From Ostreococcus lucimarinus (Eukaryota), in NCBI GenBank assembly GCA_000092065.1, contig CP000590.1: 64,000 bases of DNA, one strand, 5' to 3'. The notes beneath the pieces are model-generated. The model did no database searches and was not told where the DNA came from. It saw only the letters and a list, made by a program, of their open reading frames with translations. Below are positions 11,317-20,858 of the stretch, one piece after another. A program made the translations under genes and the position numbers. Positions within the stretch are counted from its first letter, which is position 1. Every line of letters starts with the position of its first letter.

Positions 11317-12708
11317 CTACGTCGCCACACTAGCGCCTACGACGTCCATGAGCGCGATATCAAATCCGCGCTTTAAACCCGCGAGCAAATCTTCCTTCGT
11401 TTCTAACCCCACGGACAGACGCAACAGACCACCCGGCACGTGCGGCTCCTTTTCGCCCGGCGCGCACTCGACCGAATACCTGTGTTCGATGAGCGACTCG
11501 AAACCGCCGAGCGACGTGGCGCACGTCCAATAGTCGCAACTAACGGCCATAGTTTTACAAAACTTGACGACTCGCGACAAGTTTGATCCAGTGTGTTCGG
11601 GATAAAGATGCGGAAGGAAGTCAAAGAATACGAGCGAAAGCATGCCGCCGTACACGCCGTTTGGACACATGCGATTTACGATGTCGTAATGCGCGTTCTT
11701 CGACTCCACCGTTGTATCGGTTTGAAGCCCCGGGTATAGAACGATAGCGCCGTGAGGAATTCGACTGCGCAAGTACTGTTCGAACTCGTGCGCGATCCAC
11801 ATTGCGCTTTCGCTTTGTCTGCGCACGCGCAGCTCTAGCGTACGCATGCCTCGCGAGAGCAAGTACGCGTCCATCGACCCCATCGTCGCCCCGCCGAGCT
11901 TACGCTCATGCAAGATCCGCTGCCATCGATCATCGCATTCGCGCGTCACCAAAGCTCCCGCGACGACGTCCCCGTGTCCGTTCAAATATTTGGTCGCAGA
12001 GTGCATCACGACGTCGACGCCGAACGACAACGGCTTGGTACAAATCGGCGTCAATACCGTCGAATCCACACACACGCACCCCGCATCGCACGCCCTCGCC
12101 ACGGCCACGACCTGTTCTAAATCCATCACGTCCCACGTGGGATTCGCCGGGGATTCCACCCACACCAACGCCGCTTTTCGCCCTCTCGCCGCCTCTTCCT
12201 CCAACGCGCGCTTCAACGACCGTCCCGCGTGATGCGCCGTCCCCTTCGCGTCCTCGTCTCGCCTCGCCAGCGTGTGTCCATCGACGTCACATATCACATA
12301 CGGCACATCGGGGTCGTATTCCACGACCTCCACGCCTCGCGCGGCGCACCACTCTCGAATTCGCGCGCGCACCGCGAAGTACCCGCGGCTCGGCGAGCAC
12401 GCGAACGAACTCGCGTCCGACGTCCCGCGCACCGCGCCCTCGAGCACGGCGTTCACGGCCGCCATGCCGGACGAGAACAAAGCGCAATCGCTCCCGCGCT
12501 CGAGATCGCGCAGCGTGCGCTCGCACGCGCGCACGGATGGATTATCCGGCCGAGCGTAGCACAGCGTTCGGTCGCGAAAACGCGGAAGTTCGTGCGCGTC
12601 GTCGCGCGCGTACGTCGTCGATGGGTATATGGGCTGGATGACCGAACGCGTGGGGTCGTCGGCGGCGTCGGCGGCGCCGCGGACGAGCAAGGTGCCGTGG
12701 TCGAGCAT
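11317..12708 (-). CDS. PLP-dependent Cys/Met-metabolism enzyme (cystathionine gamma-synthase / beta-lyase family)
   Basis: ATG at 12706-12708. The PLP-lysine motif HSATKYLNGH and the CGS/CBL fold are present. Confidence 0.75.
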   Translation of the reverse strand: MLDHGTLLVRGAADAADDPTRSVIQPIYPSTTYARDDAHELPRFRDRTLCYARPDNPSVRACERTLRDLERGSDCALFSSGMAAVNAVLEGAVRGTSDASSFACSPSRGYFAVRARIREWCAARGVEVVEYDPDVPYVICDVDGHTLARRDEDAKGTAHHAGRSLKRALEEEAARGRKAALVWVESPANPTWDVMDLEQVVAVARACDAGCVCVDSTVLTPICTKPLSFGVDVVMHSATKYLNGHGDVVAGALVTRECDDRWQRILHERKLGGATMGSMDAYLLSRGMRTLELRVRRQSESAMWIAHEFEQYLRSRIPHGAIVLYPGLQTDTTVESKNAHYDIVNRMCPNGVYGGMLSLVFFDFLPHLYPEHTGSNLSRVVKFCKTMAVSCDYWTCATSLGGFESLIEHRYSVECAPGEKEPHVPGGLLRLSVGLETKEDLLAGLKRGFDIALMDVVGASVAT

Positions 12709-12771
12709 CGCGAACGCGTCTGCGAGTGCGGCGACGGCGCGACGAAACTAAATGAATGAGCTACAACGTCG

Positions 12772-13917
12772 TCAGCGGGCGAGCGATAAGGATGCTAAAT
12801 GAACGTCTACGTCGACGCTCGCGACGTCGCGATCGATGGCGGGCGCGGCGGGTGAACTCGATTTGAATCCACGGTTCGCCGCGCGTAATGCGGCGGCGAC
12901 GTCGGGACGCGACAGATTCGGAGGCGTGAACGGCGATGTTCGGAACTGCACCGTCGGTTCCGCGGACTCGTCCACGTTTACCGTCAATCCACACGCTTTT
13001 ACGTAAGTCTCGGCGTCGCTGGCGTAGTCGAGGCGCAGGACGCGCGCCAACTCGTCGAGCTTCATCGGCGTCGAGTTCAGCGCGCAGTTGAGCGATCGCA
13101 GCGCATCGATGCGCGCGACGGCGAAGTGCCGCTCGAGGCAGCACGCGTGTTCGTACGACGCCTCGTCGACGATGGCGAAAAAACGACGCCAGTTTCCCGT
13201 CGCGAAGGCTGCTCGACACGTCATCGCGAATCTCGCGTCCTTCGTCGCCAACGTCCGTACTCCGACGCGTCTCAAGTCCCCCGCCAACTCGCTCGTCCCG
13301 TCGCGCAGGCGCACGCACAGCAGCATCGACACAAACCTTCCAACGCGTTCGACGTGCAGGTCGTCGTCGAATCCCAACTCCGCGTACGCGCTCAGCAACA
13401 TTCCAAACGTCTTTCCGAGCTGTCGCTCGCGCAGCGCCGCCGCGCCGAAATCGTCGTCGCTCGCGTCCGCCTCGCGCTCCGCCTCGCTCGTCACCGCGCG
13501 CACGATCATGCGCTCGAGCAACGCGCAGCACCTTCCGCACGCCACCGGATCGTCCGCGAACAACCCTTGCATCGCTAAATCTTGTCGCACCGCGCGCAGT
13601 CGGTCCTCGCAGAACGCGTGCGCGCTCGCGAGCGCGTTCGCCGACGCCGACGCCGACGCGCGCGTCGACGCGCGACGCGCGTCGTCGAGCGCGCGGAATA
13701 AATGGTCCACCGTGCGTTCGCACGCGTCCAGCGTTCGCACGCGCGCCGCGTCCTCCGTTCCCGCGACGACGGTGCGCGCGAACCGTTTCACCATCCTCGA
13801 CGCGTCGGCGTCGCCCGCGCCGTTCGCGCCGCCGCGCTCGAGCGCGTGCGCGTCGCCGCGCGTCGCGCGCGCGCGCGCCTCGGCGTCGGGGCACATCGCC
13901 TCGCACGCGCCGCGCAT
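12772..13917 (-). CDS. SAC3/GANP-domain protein (mRNA export / TREX-2-like family)
   Basis: In-frame ATG at 13915-13917 (MRGACEAMCPDAE...), carrying the family signature GxCxxMCPxxE. The rest of track ORF 12772..14781 is antisense to proA. Confidence 0.6.
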   Translation of the reverse strand: MRGACEAMCPDAEARARATRGDAHALERGGANGAGDADASRMVKRFARTVVAGTEDAARVRTLDACERTVDHLFRALDDARRASTRASASASANALASAHAFCEDRLRAVRQDLAMQGLFADDPVACGRCCALLERMIVRAVTSEAEREADASDDDFGAAALRERQLGKTFGMLLSAYAELGFDDDLHVERVGRFVSMLLCVRLRDGTSELAGDLRRVGVRTLATKDARFAMTCRAAFATGNWRRFFAIVDEASYEHACCLERHFAVARIDALRSLNCALNSTPMKLDELARVLRLDYASDAETYVKACGLTVNVDESAEPTVQFRTSPFTPPNLSRPDVAAALRAANRGFKSSSPAAPAIDRDVASVDVDVHLASLSLAR

Positions 13918-13989
13918 GGCGACGCGCGACGCGCGCCGCCGGACACTGGCGCGCGCGTCGTCGCAACCCCAACGACACTTCCCGTCGTC

Positions 13990-15378
13990 ATGCCCGACGA
14001 TCCCGCCACGCTGGCCCGCAAAGCGCGCGATGCGAGTCGTAAACTGCAACAGCTCCCCTCGCGCGAGCGCGCCGCGCTGCTGCGCGCCGTCGCGAACGCG
14101 CTCGAACGTCGCGAGAGCGAAATCCAAGCCGCGAACGACGAAGATTTGCGACGCGCTGAATCGTCCGATGACGTCGAAGAAGCGCTGCTGCAGCGGTTGA
14201 AACTGAAACCTGGAAAGGTGAAGCAGCTGGCGGACGGCGCGCGGGCGATCGCGAACATGGAAGAGCCGATCGGGAAGCCGCTGAGCGCGATGGAGTTGGC
14301 GAAGGGTTTGACGCTGACGAAGGTGACGGCGCCGTTGGGGGTGCTTTTGATCATATTTGAAAGCCGGCCGGACGCGCTGCCGCAGATCGCGTCGTTGGCG
14401 CTGCGGACGGGGAATGGACTGCTGCTCAAGGGTGGGAAGGAAGCGGCGAGCTCGAACGCGAAACTGCGGGAGGTCATCGTGGACGAATTTGAGGCGTTCG
14501 GCGTACCGAAGGAATGCGTGTGCCTGATCGAGGGTCGAGAAGCGGTGGCAGATCTGCTGAAGCTGGATGACGTGATCGATTTGGTGATTCCGCGCGGTTC
14601 GAACTCGTTGGTGACGTACATTCAGAATAATACGAAGATTCCCGTGCTCGGGCACGCGGACGGCGTGGTGCACGTGTACGTCGACAAGGACGCGAATGTT
14701 GACATGGCGGCGAAGTGTGCGATAGATTCGAAGATTGATTATCCCGCGGCGTGTAACGCGTTGGAGACTTTGCTCATTCACGACGATCTTGTCGCGAATG
14801 GAGGCGCGGCGGAACTCATGACGGCGTTGCGCGCGGCGGGCGTCGAACTCTTTGGCGGACCGCGCGGGACAAAGGAACTCAACCTACCAGCGGCACCGGC
14901 GCTCCGACACGAATACGGTGGCATGCAATGCTCGGTGGAACTCGTGAGCTCTATGGATAACGCCATCGATTACATCCACGCCAACGGTTCGGCGCATACT
15001 GATTGCATCATCACGTCGAACCAAAAGACGGCGGATGAATTCATCGCTCGCGTCGACAGTGCGTGCGTGTTTCATAACGCCTCCACGCGCTTCAGCGATG
15101 GATTTAGATTTGGTCTCGGCGCTGAGGTTGGTATATCTACTTCGCGAATCCATGCCCGCGGGCCCGTGGGCGTCGAAGGATTGTTGACGACGCGCTGCTT
15201 GTTGCGAGGCAAGGGGCAAATTTGCAACAAGGACAAGGGCGTGGAGTTCACGCACAAGCGACTACCGCTTCCCAAGCGCGAAGGGTTGTTTAAACCCGGT
15301 GTATTGCAACAAGTTGCGTCGAGCGTGGCGCTCTTGGCGAATAGCATCGTCGTGTTCCGAGCGATGATGAAGAAATGA
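13990..15378 (+). CDS. Gamma-glutamyl phosphate reductase (ProA; the GPR domain of P5C synthetase)
   Basis: ATG at 13990 (MPDDPATLARKARD...). Aldehyde-dehydrogenase-like ProA motifs are present. The gene is head-to-head with the SAC3 gene, with about 72 bp between starts. Confidence 0.8.
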   Translation: MPDDPATLARKARDASRKLQQLPSRERAALLRAVANALERRESEIQAANDEDLRRAESSDDVEEALLQRLKLKPGKVKQLADGARAIANMEEPIGKPLSAMELAKGLTLTKVTAPLGVLLIIFESRPDALPQIASLALRTGNGLLLKGGKEAASSNAKLREVIVDEFEAFGVPKECVCLIEGREAVADLLKLDDVIDLVIPRGSNSLVTYIQNNTKIPVLGHADGVVHVYVDKDANVDMAAKCAIDSKIDYPAACNALETLLIHDDLVANGGAAELMTALRAAGVELFGGPRGTKELNLPAAPALRHEYGGMQCSVELVSSMDNAIDYIHANGSAHTDCIITSNQKTADEFIARVDSACVFHNASTRFSDGFRFGLGAEVGISTSRIHARGPVGVEGLLTTRCLLRGKGQICNKDKGVEFTHKRLPLPKREGLFKPGVLQQVASSVALLANSIVVFRAMMKK

Positions 15379-15489
15379 ATCACGCATTAGACGAGTTGAC
15401 GCCGCAATTTTTCTGAACACGACGGTGTAAAAGCTTTCAAAAATCATTTTGATAACAAAGTACAAACAACGTAAAGTAGCGCACCTAAG

Positions 15490-16818
15490 TTAAATCGTCT
15501 CCAATGCGGCGATACCCTCAAGATGTTTGTAGTTCTTCTTCAGGATGTCGCGCGAATCGGAGATTCTAAAATCGTATCCGTGTTTCTGGGCCCATTCCTG
15601 CATGATGGGACGAAGCTTGTGAAGCTTGTAACGCGGCATGGTGGGGAATAAGTGGTGAATGAGCTGCGTGTCCATACCACCCCACAACCAACGCTCGAGT
15701 GGATTCTTCACGTCCGCTTCGCGAGTGCTTCTAAACTGAATATCGACGAAGGAACCGTCTTCATACATGATTTCCTCGCTCTGGTGCGTAGCGGTGACGA
15801 GAGAGCCTACCAAAAACCCACCGATGAGCATGGAGCCGATGGCGACACCCAAAGGAAGCGTGCCGAACAACCACGCGTAGTGGCCGACGAGCAAAGCGAG
15901 CTCAGTCTTATCCTTGCGCGCCCACGCACTCGCGACGCTGTGTCGGCGCCAGAGCACGTACGTCATCGCGTAGAGCGGATAGCCGTAGATGTGCTGGTAC
16001 TTGCGCAACCAGCTATCCGGGCGCCCACTGGTCTCCGGCGGCGACAAGTAATACAGAGGCTCGAGTTTGATGTCGCCGTCCTTACCGTCGACGTTCGTGA
16101 ACGAGTGGTGCATGTTGTGCTTGTGCGACCACCATTCGGCGGAAAACCCATTCGTCAACGCGCCAAAGCAGCGCATCATCGAGCACCACTTCCCGCGGCC
16201 GTGAACGTAGTCGTGCGCGAGCCATCCGGCTTGTTGCATCCCTATCCCGATCGAGATCGCGGCTAAGATCGGGTGCGTCGCCGCGATGGCTTGTCCGACG
16301 ACGTAGCATCCCAAAACTTGCGCCAACACCGAGAGTTCGGAGAGCGCGTTGCGTTTAAACCAGCCCTCCGCCTCCAACTTCCCTCGCAACTCCCCGAACT
16401 CGGCGTTCGCCGTCGTCAGCCTTTGCGTTTCGTACTCTTCCGTATCATACGGTGCATCGCACTTCGGCAACGCGCGCAAGCGTTTCAACGCCTCGTCGCT
16501 CCCGTTCGGCCCGTACGAGTGCAGCGCGTAAAACACATCCGTCGCGTCTTGTCCGTTCAACAACCGCACGAACCCCGCCCCACCGGGATGCGCCAGCGCC
16601 CACCCCGTCGCATCGTACCACTGTCCATCGACCTTCAGCTTCACTTCCTCCGTCCGTCGCCGGCGCCCGCTCTGCTTCTCGTTCGCTTCCGCCGCCTGTT
16701 CCAGCACCGCCGCGCTCGCGCCGAACGGGCTCAGGAACCCCCACGGCTTCTTCGCCTTCCCATCGTCGCCCGCCGCCGTCGCCGTCGCCGTCGCGTCGTC
16801 CGCGCTCTCGTGTCCCAT
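15490..16818 (-). CDS. Cytochrome b5-fused front-end fatty acid/sphingolipid desaturase
   Basis: HPGG cyt-b5 motif and histidine boxes HDYVHGR, HNMHH and QLIHHLFP are present. The start is taken at ATG 16816-16818 (MGHESADD...); alternative upstream ATGs exist up to 16974. Confidence 0.8.
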   Translation of the reverse strand: MGHESADDATATATAAGDDGKAKKPWGFLSPFGASAAVLEQAAEANEKQSGRRRRTEEVKLKVDGQWYDATGWALAHPGGAGFVRLLNGQDATDVFYALHSYGPNGSDEALKRLRALPKCDAPYDTEEYETQRLTTANAEFGELRGKLEAEGWFKRNALSELSVLAQVLGCYVVGQAIAATHPILAAISIGIGMQQAGWLAHDYVHGRGKWCSMMRCFGALTNGFSAEWWSHKHNMHHSFTNVDGKDGDIKLEPLYYLSPPETSGRPDSWLRKYQHIYGYPLYAMTYVLWRRHSVASAWARKDKTELALLVGHYAWLFGTLPLGVAIGSMLIGGFLVGSLVTATHQSEEIMYEDGSFVDIQFRSTREADVKNPLERWLWGGMDTQLIHHLFPTMPRYKLHKLRPIMQEWAQKHGYDFRISDSRDILKKNYKHLEGIAALETI

Positions 16819-17310
16819 CGCGTCCGAGATCGCGTCGATCCGCGTCGTCGTCGTCGTCGTCCTCGCGCGCGGTCGCCGTCGAATCGTCGCCGACGTCACG
16901 GCGACATCTTGTCGCGCGCGCGCGCGTCTGCGCGTCGTGAGCGCGCGCGCGTCGCACGTCGCGACGGCGGGCATGCTTTCCGCGTCGCGTCGCGCGTCGC
17001 GTCGTCCGTCGCTCGGCCGCGCGCGCGCGTGTGCGGCGCGCGCGCGCGCGCCGTATCCTCCGACGCGCGAAGATAAGACGTCGATTCGTATGCGTTTAAA
17101 CATCATTAAATGCGAAAGATCGCGCCGACGTCGATTGAATTCGCAGACGATAAATACTCGATTCCAAACCCTGGATGTAACACGGAACAGACACACGACT
17201 CGACGGCGCGACGGCGCGACGGCGCAGTGCGCGCCGCGGCGCGGCGAACGACGCGCGCGCGCGGCCGAGCGCGCGTCGCGCCGCGATCGTCGACGCCGCG
17301 ATCGCCGACG

Positions 17311-17778
17311 ATGATTCGATTCGCGCTGTTATTCAGCAAACAAGCGAAGATTCGCCTGAGCAAGTACTACGTCCTGACGAACCAAAAGGAGCGGAAGAGG
17401 ATCGAGCGCGACGTCACGTCGCGAATCATACCGCGCGCGAACAAGCTGTGCAACGTCGTCGAGTACCGGGACGTGAAGCTGGTGTACAGGAAGTACGCGA
17501 GCCTGTACTTTTGTCTGGCGGTGGACCGAGGCGCGAACGAGCTCGCGACGCTGGAGATGATTCAACACTACGTCGAGATCTTGGACAAGTACTTCGGGAA
17601 CGTGTGCGAATTGGATTTAGTGTTCAACTTTCACAAGGCGCACTACGTGTTGGACGAGGTGTTCATCGCGGGGCATCTGCAGGAGACGTCGAAGAAGTTG
17701 ATCGCGCGGTTGGTGGGCGAGCACGACGCGCTCGTGGAACGCGTCAAATTGGGCGGCCCCGCGGCCGAGGACGCGTGA
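17311..17778 (+). CDS. Adaptor-protein complex sigma subunit (clathrin adaptor small chain)
   Basis: ATG at 17311 (MIRFALLFSKQAKIRLSKYY...). The 155-aa length and motifs are typical of AP sigma chains. Confidence 0.8.
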   Translation: MIRFALLFSKQAKIRLSKYYVLTNQKERKRIERDVTSRIIPRANKLCNVVEYRDVKLVYRKYASLYFCLAVDRGANELATLEMIQHYVEILDKYFGNVCELDLVFNFHKAHYVLDEVFIAGHLQETSKKLIARLVGEHDALVERVKLGGPAAEDA

Positions 17779-17965
17779 TTGGCGAGCGCGCAATTCGCGC
17801 GCGCGCGCGCGCGTTTTTTTTCGCGACGCTCGCGCGCGGTGTATTTTCCTAGGTTAGCGATGCGAGCAGGCCAGGGCGCGTTCGTTCGCGCGCGCTCGGC
17901 GGCTCTGGCGGTTGTAGCGTAGCAAAAGCTTCTGATCGTCATTCGCACGCGCGCGACGCGATCCG

Positions 17966-18774
<809 letters not shown>

Positions 18775-18778
18775 GACA

Positions 18779-20113
18779 CTACACAGAGAGCGTACCTTTG
18801 CTCGACGCCACGGAGCCCGCGCGTCGCGGATCAATCGCCGCGCACTGTCGCAAGCACTTACCGAAAGCCTTCGCCGCGGCTGTGGCAACTTCGGCTTCGT
18901 CCGCGCCGCGCGCGTGCTCGACCAAGTGCACCGTCATTTGCCCGTTGAACGTCAAACTCATGAACATGTGCTCGACCATCTCCACGCTGAGGTCGCCCAC
19001 TTTGTCGCTCTCGAGCTCGAGTCCGTACCCCAAGTACGGGCGATTGCTAAGATCCATGACGCACTCCACCGTGGCCTCACCCTCGGTGGACATCGCGCTC
19101 CCCATGCGATTACACCCTTTCTTAGTCCCCAGCGCCTTGTTCAGCGCTTGGCCGACGGCGATGGACACGTCTTCCGCCGTGTGGTGGTCGTCTATCCACA
19201 AGTCTCCCGTGGCGGCGATGTTCAGCGCCACCCCGGCTTCGCGTTGAATCGCGGTGAACAATCCATCGAGGGCGACGATACCGGTGCTGATCTTCGATCC
19301 CTCGACGTCATCGCGACTGGCGTCTAAATCCAGCTTCACGTCGATGGACGTCTCCTTCGTCGAGCGTTGAATCGCGCTTCGCCGCGTCTCCTCGCTCGCG
19401 GCGGCGCCCGCGTACACGTCGATCCCTTCCGCCGCGTCCATCGCCGCGCGAACCCCCCGCGCGAACGCCTTGAACGTCGATTCGACGATATGATGCGCGT
19501 TATCCCCGCGCTCTTTCACCAACCGCACGCTCACCCCCGCTTCCTCCGCTAACGCTCGCCAAAACGTCTCCGTGAGCGCCGTCGGATACGTCCCGATGCT
19601 CGCGCGTCCCGCCGTCCCCGGCTTCCCATACGGCGCCAGCGCGAACGTCTCCAGCCCTCGCTCGCCGTACAGCTCGATCCCACACGTCGCGTACGCCTCG
19701 TCCAACGGCGCCGCGAACCGCGCCTTCGCCCGCTCCCCGGCGCCTCTCCCGTCTCCCAGCGTCTCTCGCAGCGCCGCGCCCAGCGCCGCGCCCGCGCACC
19801 GAAACGCCTCCTCGTCGCTCACCCCTCCCGCGTCGCGCGCCTCCTCGCACGTCACCCCGCGTCGCGTCAGCACGCAGTGCACGCCCAACTGCGCGTGCGC
19901 GGTGAGCTGATCGATCATGTGATCCAGGAACGGCGCGCCCGTCGCGATCGTCCCGCGCGCGCCGTTCGCATCGATCACCGCGACGCCCTGGACGTCCCCG
20001 CACGCGCGCTCCGCGCGTCCGACCGCCCACGGCGACGTCGCGCGCGTTCGCGCGCGTCGTCTCCCGGCGTCGCGGCGTCGCGGCGCGCACGGCGCGAGGC
20101 GCAGCGTCGCCAT
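18779..20113 (-). CDS. Imidazoleglycerol-phosphate dehydratase (IGPD) with an internal tandem duplication (two IGPD folds) and a presequence
   Basis: ATG at 20111-20113. The N-terminal copy has FLDHM and NAHHIVESTFKAF. The C-terminal copy has TKET, IDDHHTAED, VEMVEH and SSKG. Confidence 0.75.
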   Translation of the reverse strand: MATLRLAPCAPRRRDAGRRRARTRATSPWAVGRAERACGDVQGVAVIDANGARGTIATGAPFLDHMIDQLTAHAQLGVHCVLTRRGVTCEEARDAGGVSDEEAFRCAGAALGAALRETLGDGRGAGERAKARFAAPLDEAYATCGIELYGERGLETFALAPYGKPGTAGRASIGTYPTALTETFWRALAEEAGVSVRLVKERGDNAHHIVESTFKAFARGVRAAMDAAEGIDVYAGAAASEETRRSAIQRSTKETSIDVKLDLDASRDDVEGSKISTGIVALDGLFTAIQREAGVALNIAATGDLWIDDHHTAEDVSIAVGQALNKALGTKKGCNRMGSAMSTEGEATVECVMDLSNRPYLGYGLELESDKVGDLSVEMVEHMFMSLTFNGQMTVHLVEHARGADEAEVATAAAKAFGKCLRQCAAIDPRRAGSVASSKGTLSV

Positions 20114-20137
20114 TCGTCGACGCGTCGCTCTTTGCCG

Positions 20138-20806
20138 ATGCACGCGGGGACGCCCTCGGCCGAGGGCGCGCACGCGCTGCTGTGCGTCGCGCTCGCGTGC
20201 GTGATGAGCGCGCGAACGTTTCGCGACGCGCTCGCGCGCGACGCGCGCGACGCGACGCCGCGGGCGCGAGAGGCGCGCGCGTGGGTCGCGGGAGGGGTGC
20301 TGTGTGTGTTCACAGTGAGCTATTGGATTTTGGCGCGCGGAGAAGGCGCCGCGGCGAAAGCGCGGGCGCCGGGAACGGCGGCGCACGTCGCGTGGACGCT
20401 CGCGCCGTCGAACGCGATGTATGTGATCGCGATGGCGCGACGAGGGGGGATGACGCGGCGAGGGACGGCGTACATGGTGAGCGGCGCGTGCGCGAGCGCC
20501 GTCGGCGCGATTACGGGACGGCGAAGCGCGGGACGAATGGCGGCGCTGTGCGCGGGATTCGCGACGACGAGGACGGGAGAGGGAGATTGGCGCGCGTTCG
20601 GGATTGCGATGACGTGGTACGTCGCGCTGAGGTTGTGCGTGGAGGATGGGGAGGAGGTGTATTTTGTGAACTGGGCGGGGACGATTTTGTGCGAGACGGC
20701 GGCGCTCGCCATGGTCAAGTTCGGCAAGTTCGGCAAGTTCGGCGGCGCGGGGAAGCGCGCGGGCGGTCTCGCTTCGGGTGGAGTCGAGACGAAGAAGGCG
20801 CGGTAG
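20138..20806 (+). CDS. Hypothetical multi-pass membrane protein
   Basis: ATG at 20138 (MHAGTPSAEG...). Hydrophobic segments are present and there is a C-terminal KFGKFGKFGG tail. The very short spacer to hisB suggests the true start may lie further downstream. Confidence 0.35.
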   Translation: MHAGTPSAEGAHALLCVALACVMSARTFRDALARDARDATPRAREARAWVAGGVLCVFTVSYWILARGEGAAAKARAPGTAAHVAWTLAPSNAMYVIAMARRGGMTRRGTAYMVSGACASAVGAITGRRSAGRMAALCAGFATTRTGEGDWRAFGIAMTWYVALRLCVEDGEEVYFVNWAGTILCETAALAMVKFGKFGKFGGAGKRAGGLASGGVETKKAR

Positions 20807-20858
20807 TTAGCGATCGTGTTTTATTCAATGTCATTAAATGTAGCGCGTCGTGACGGCA

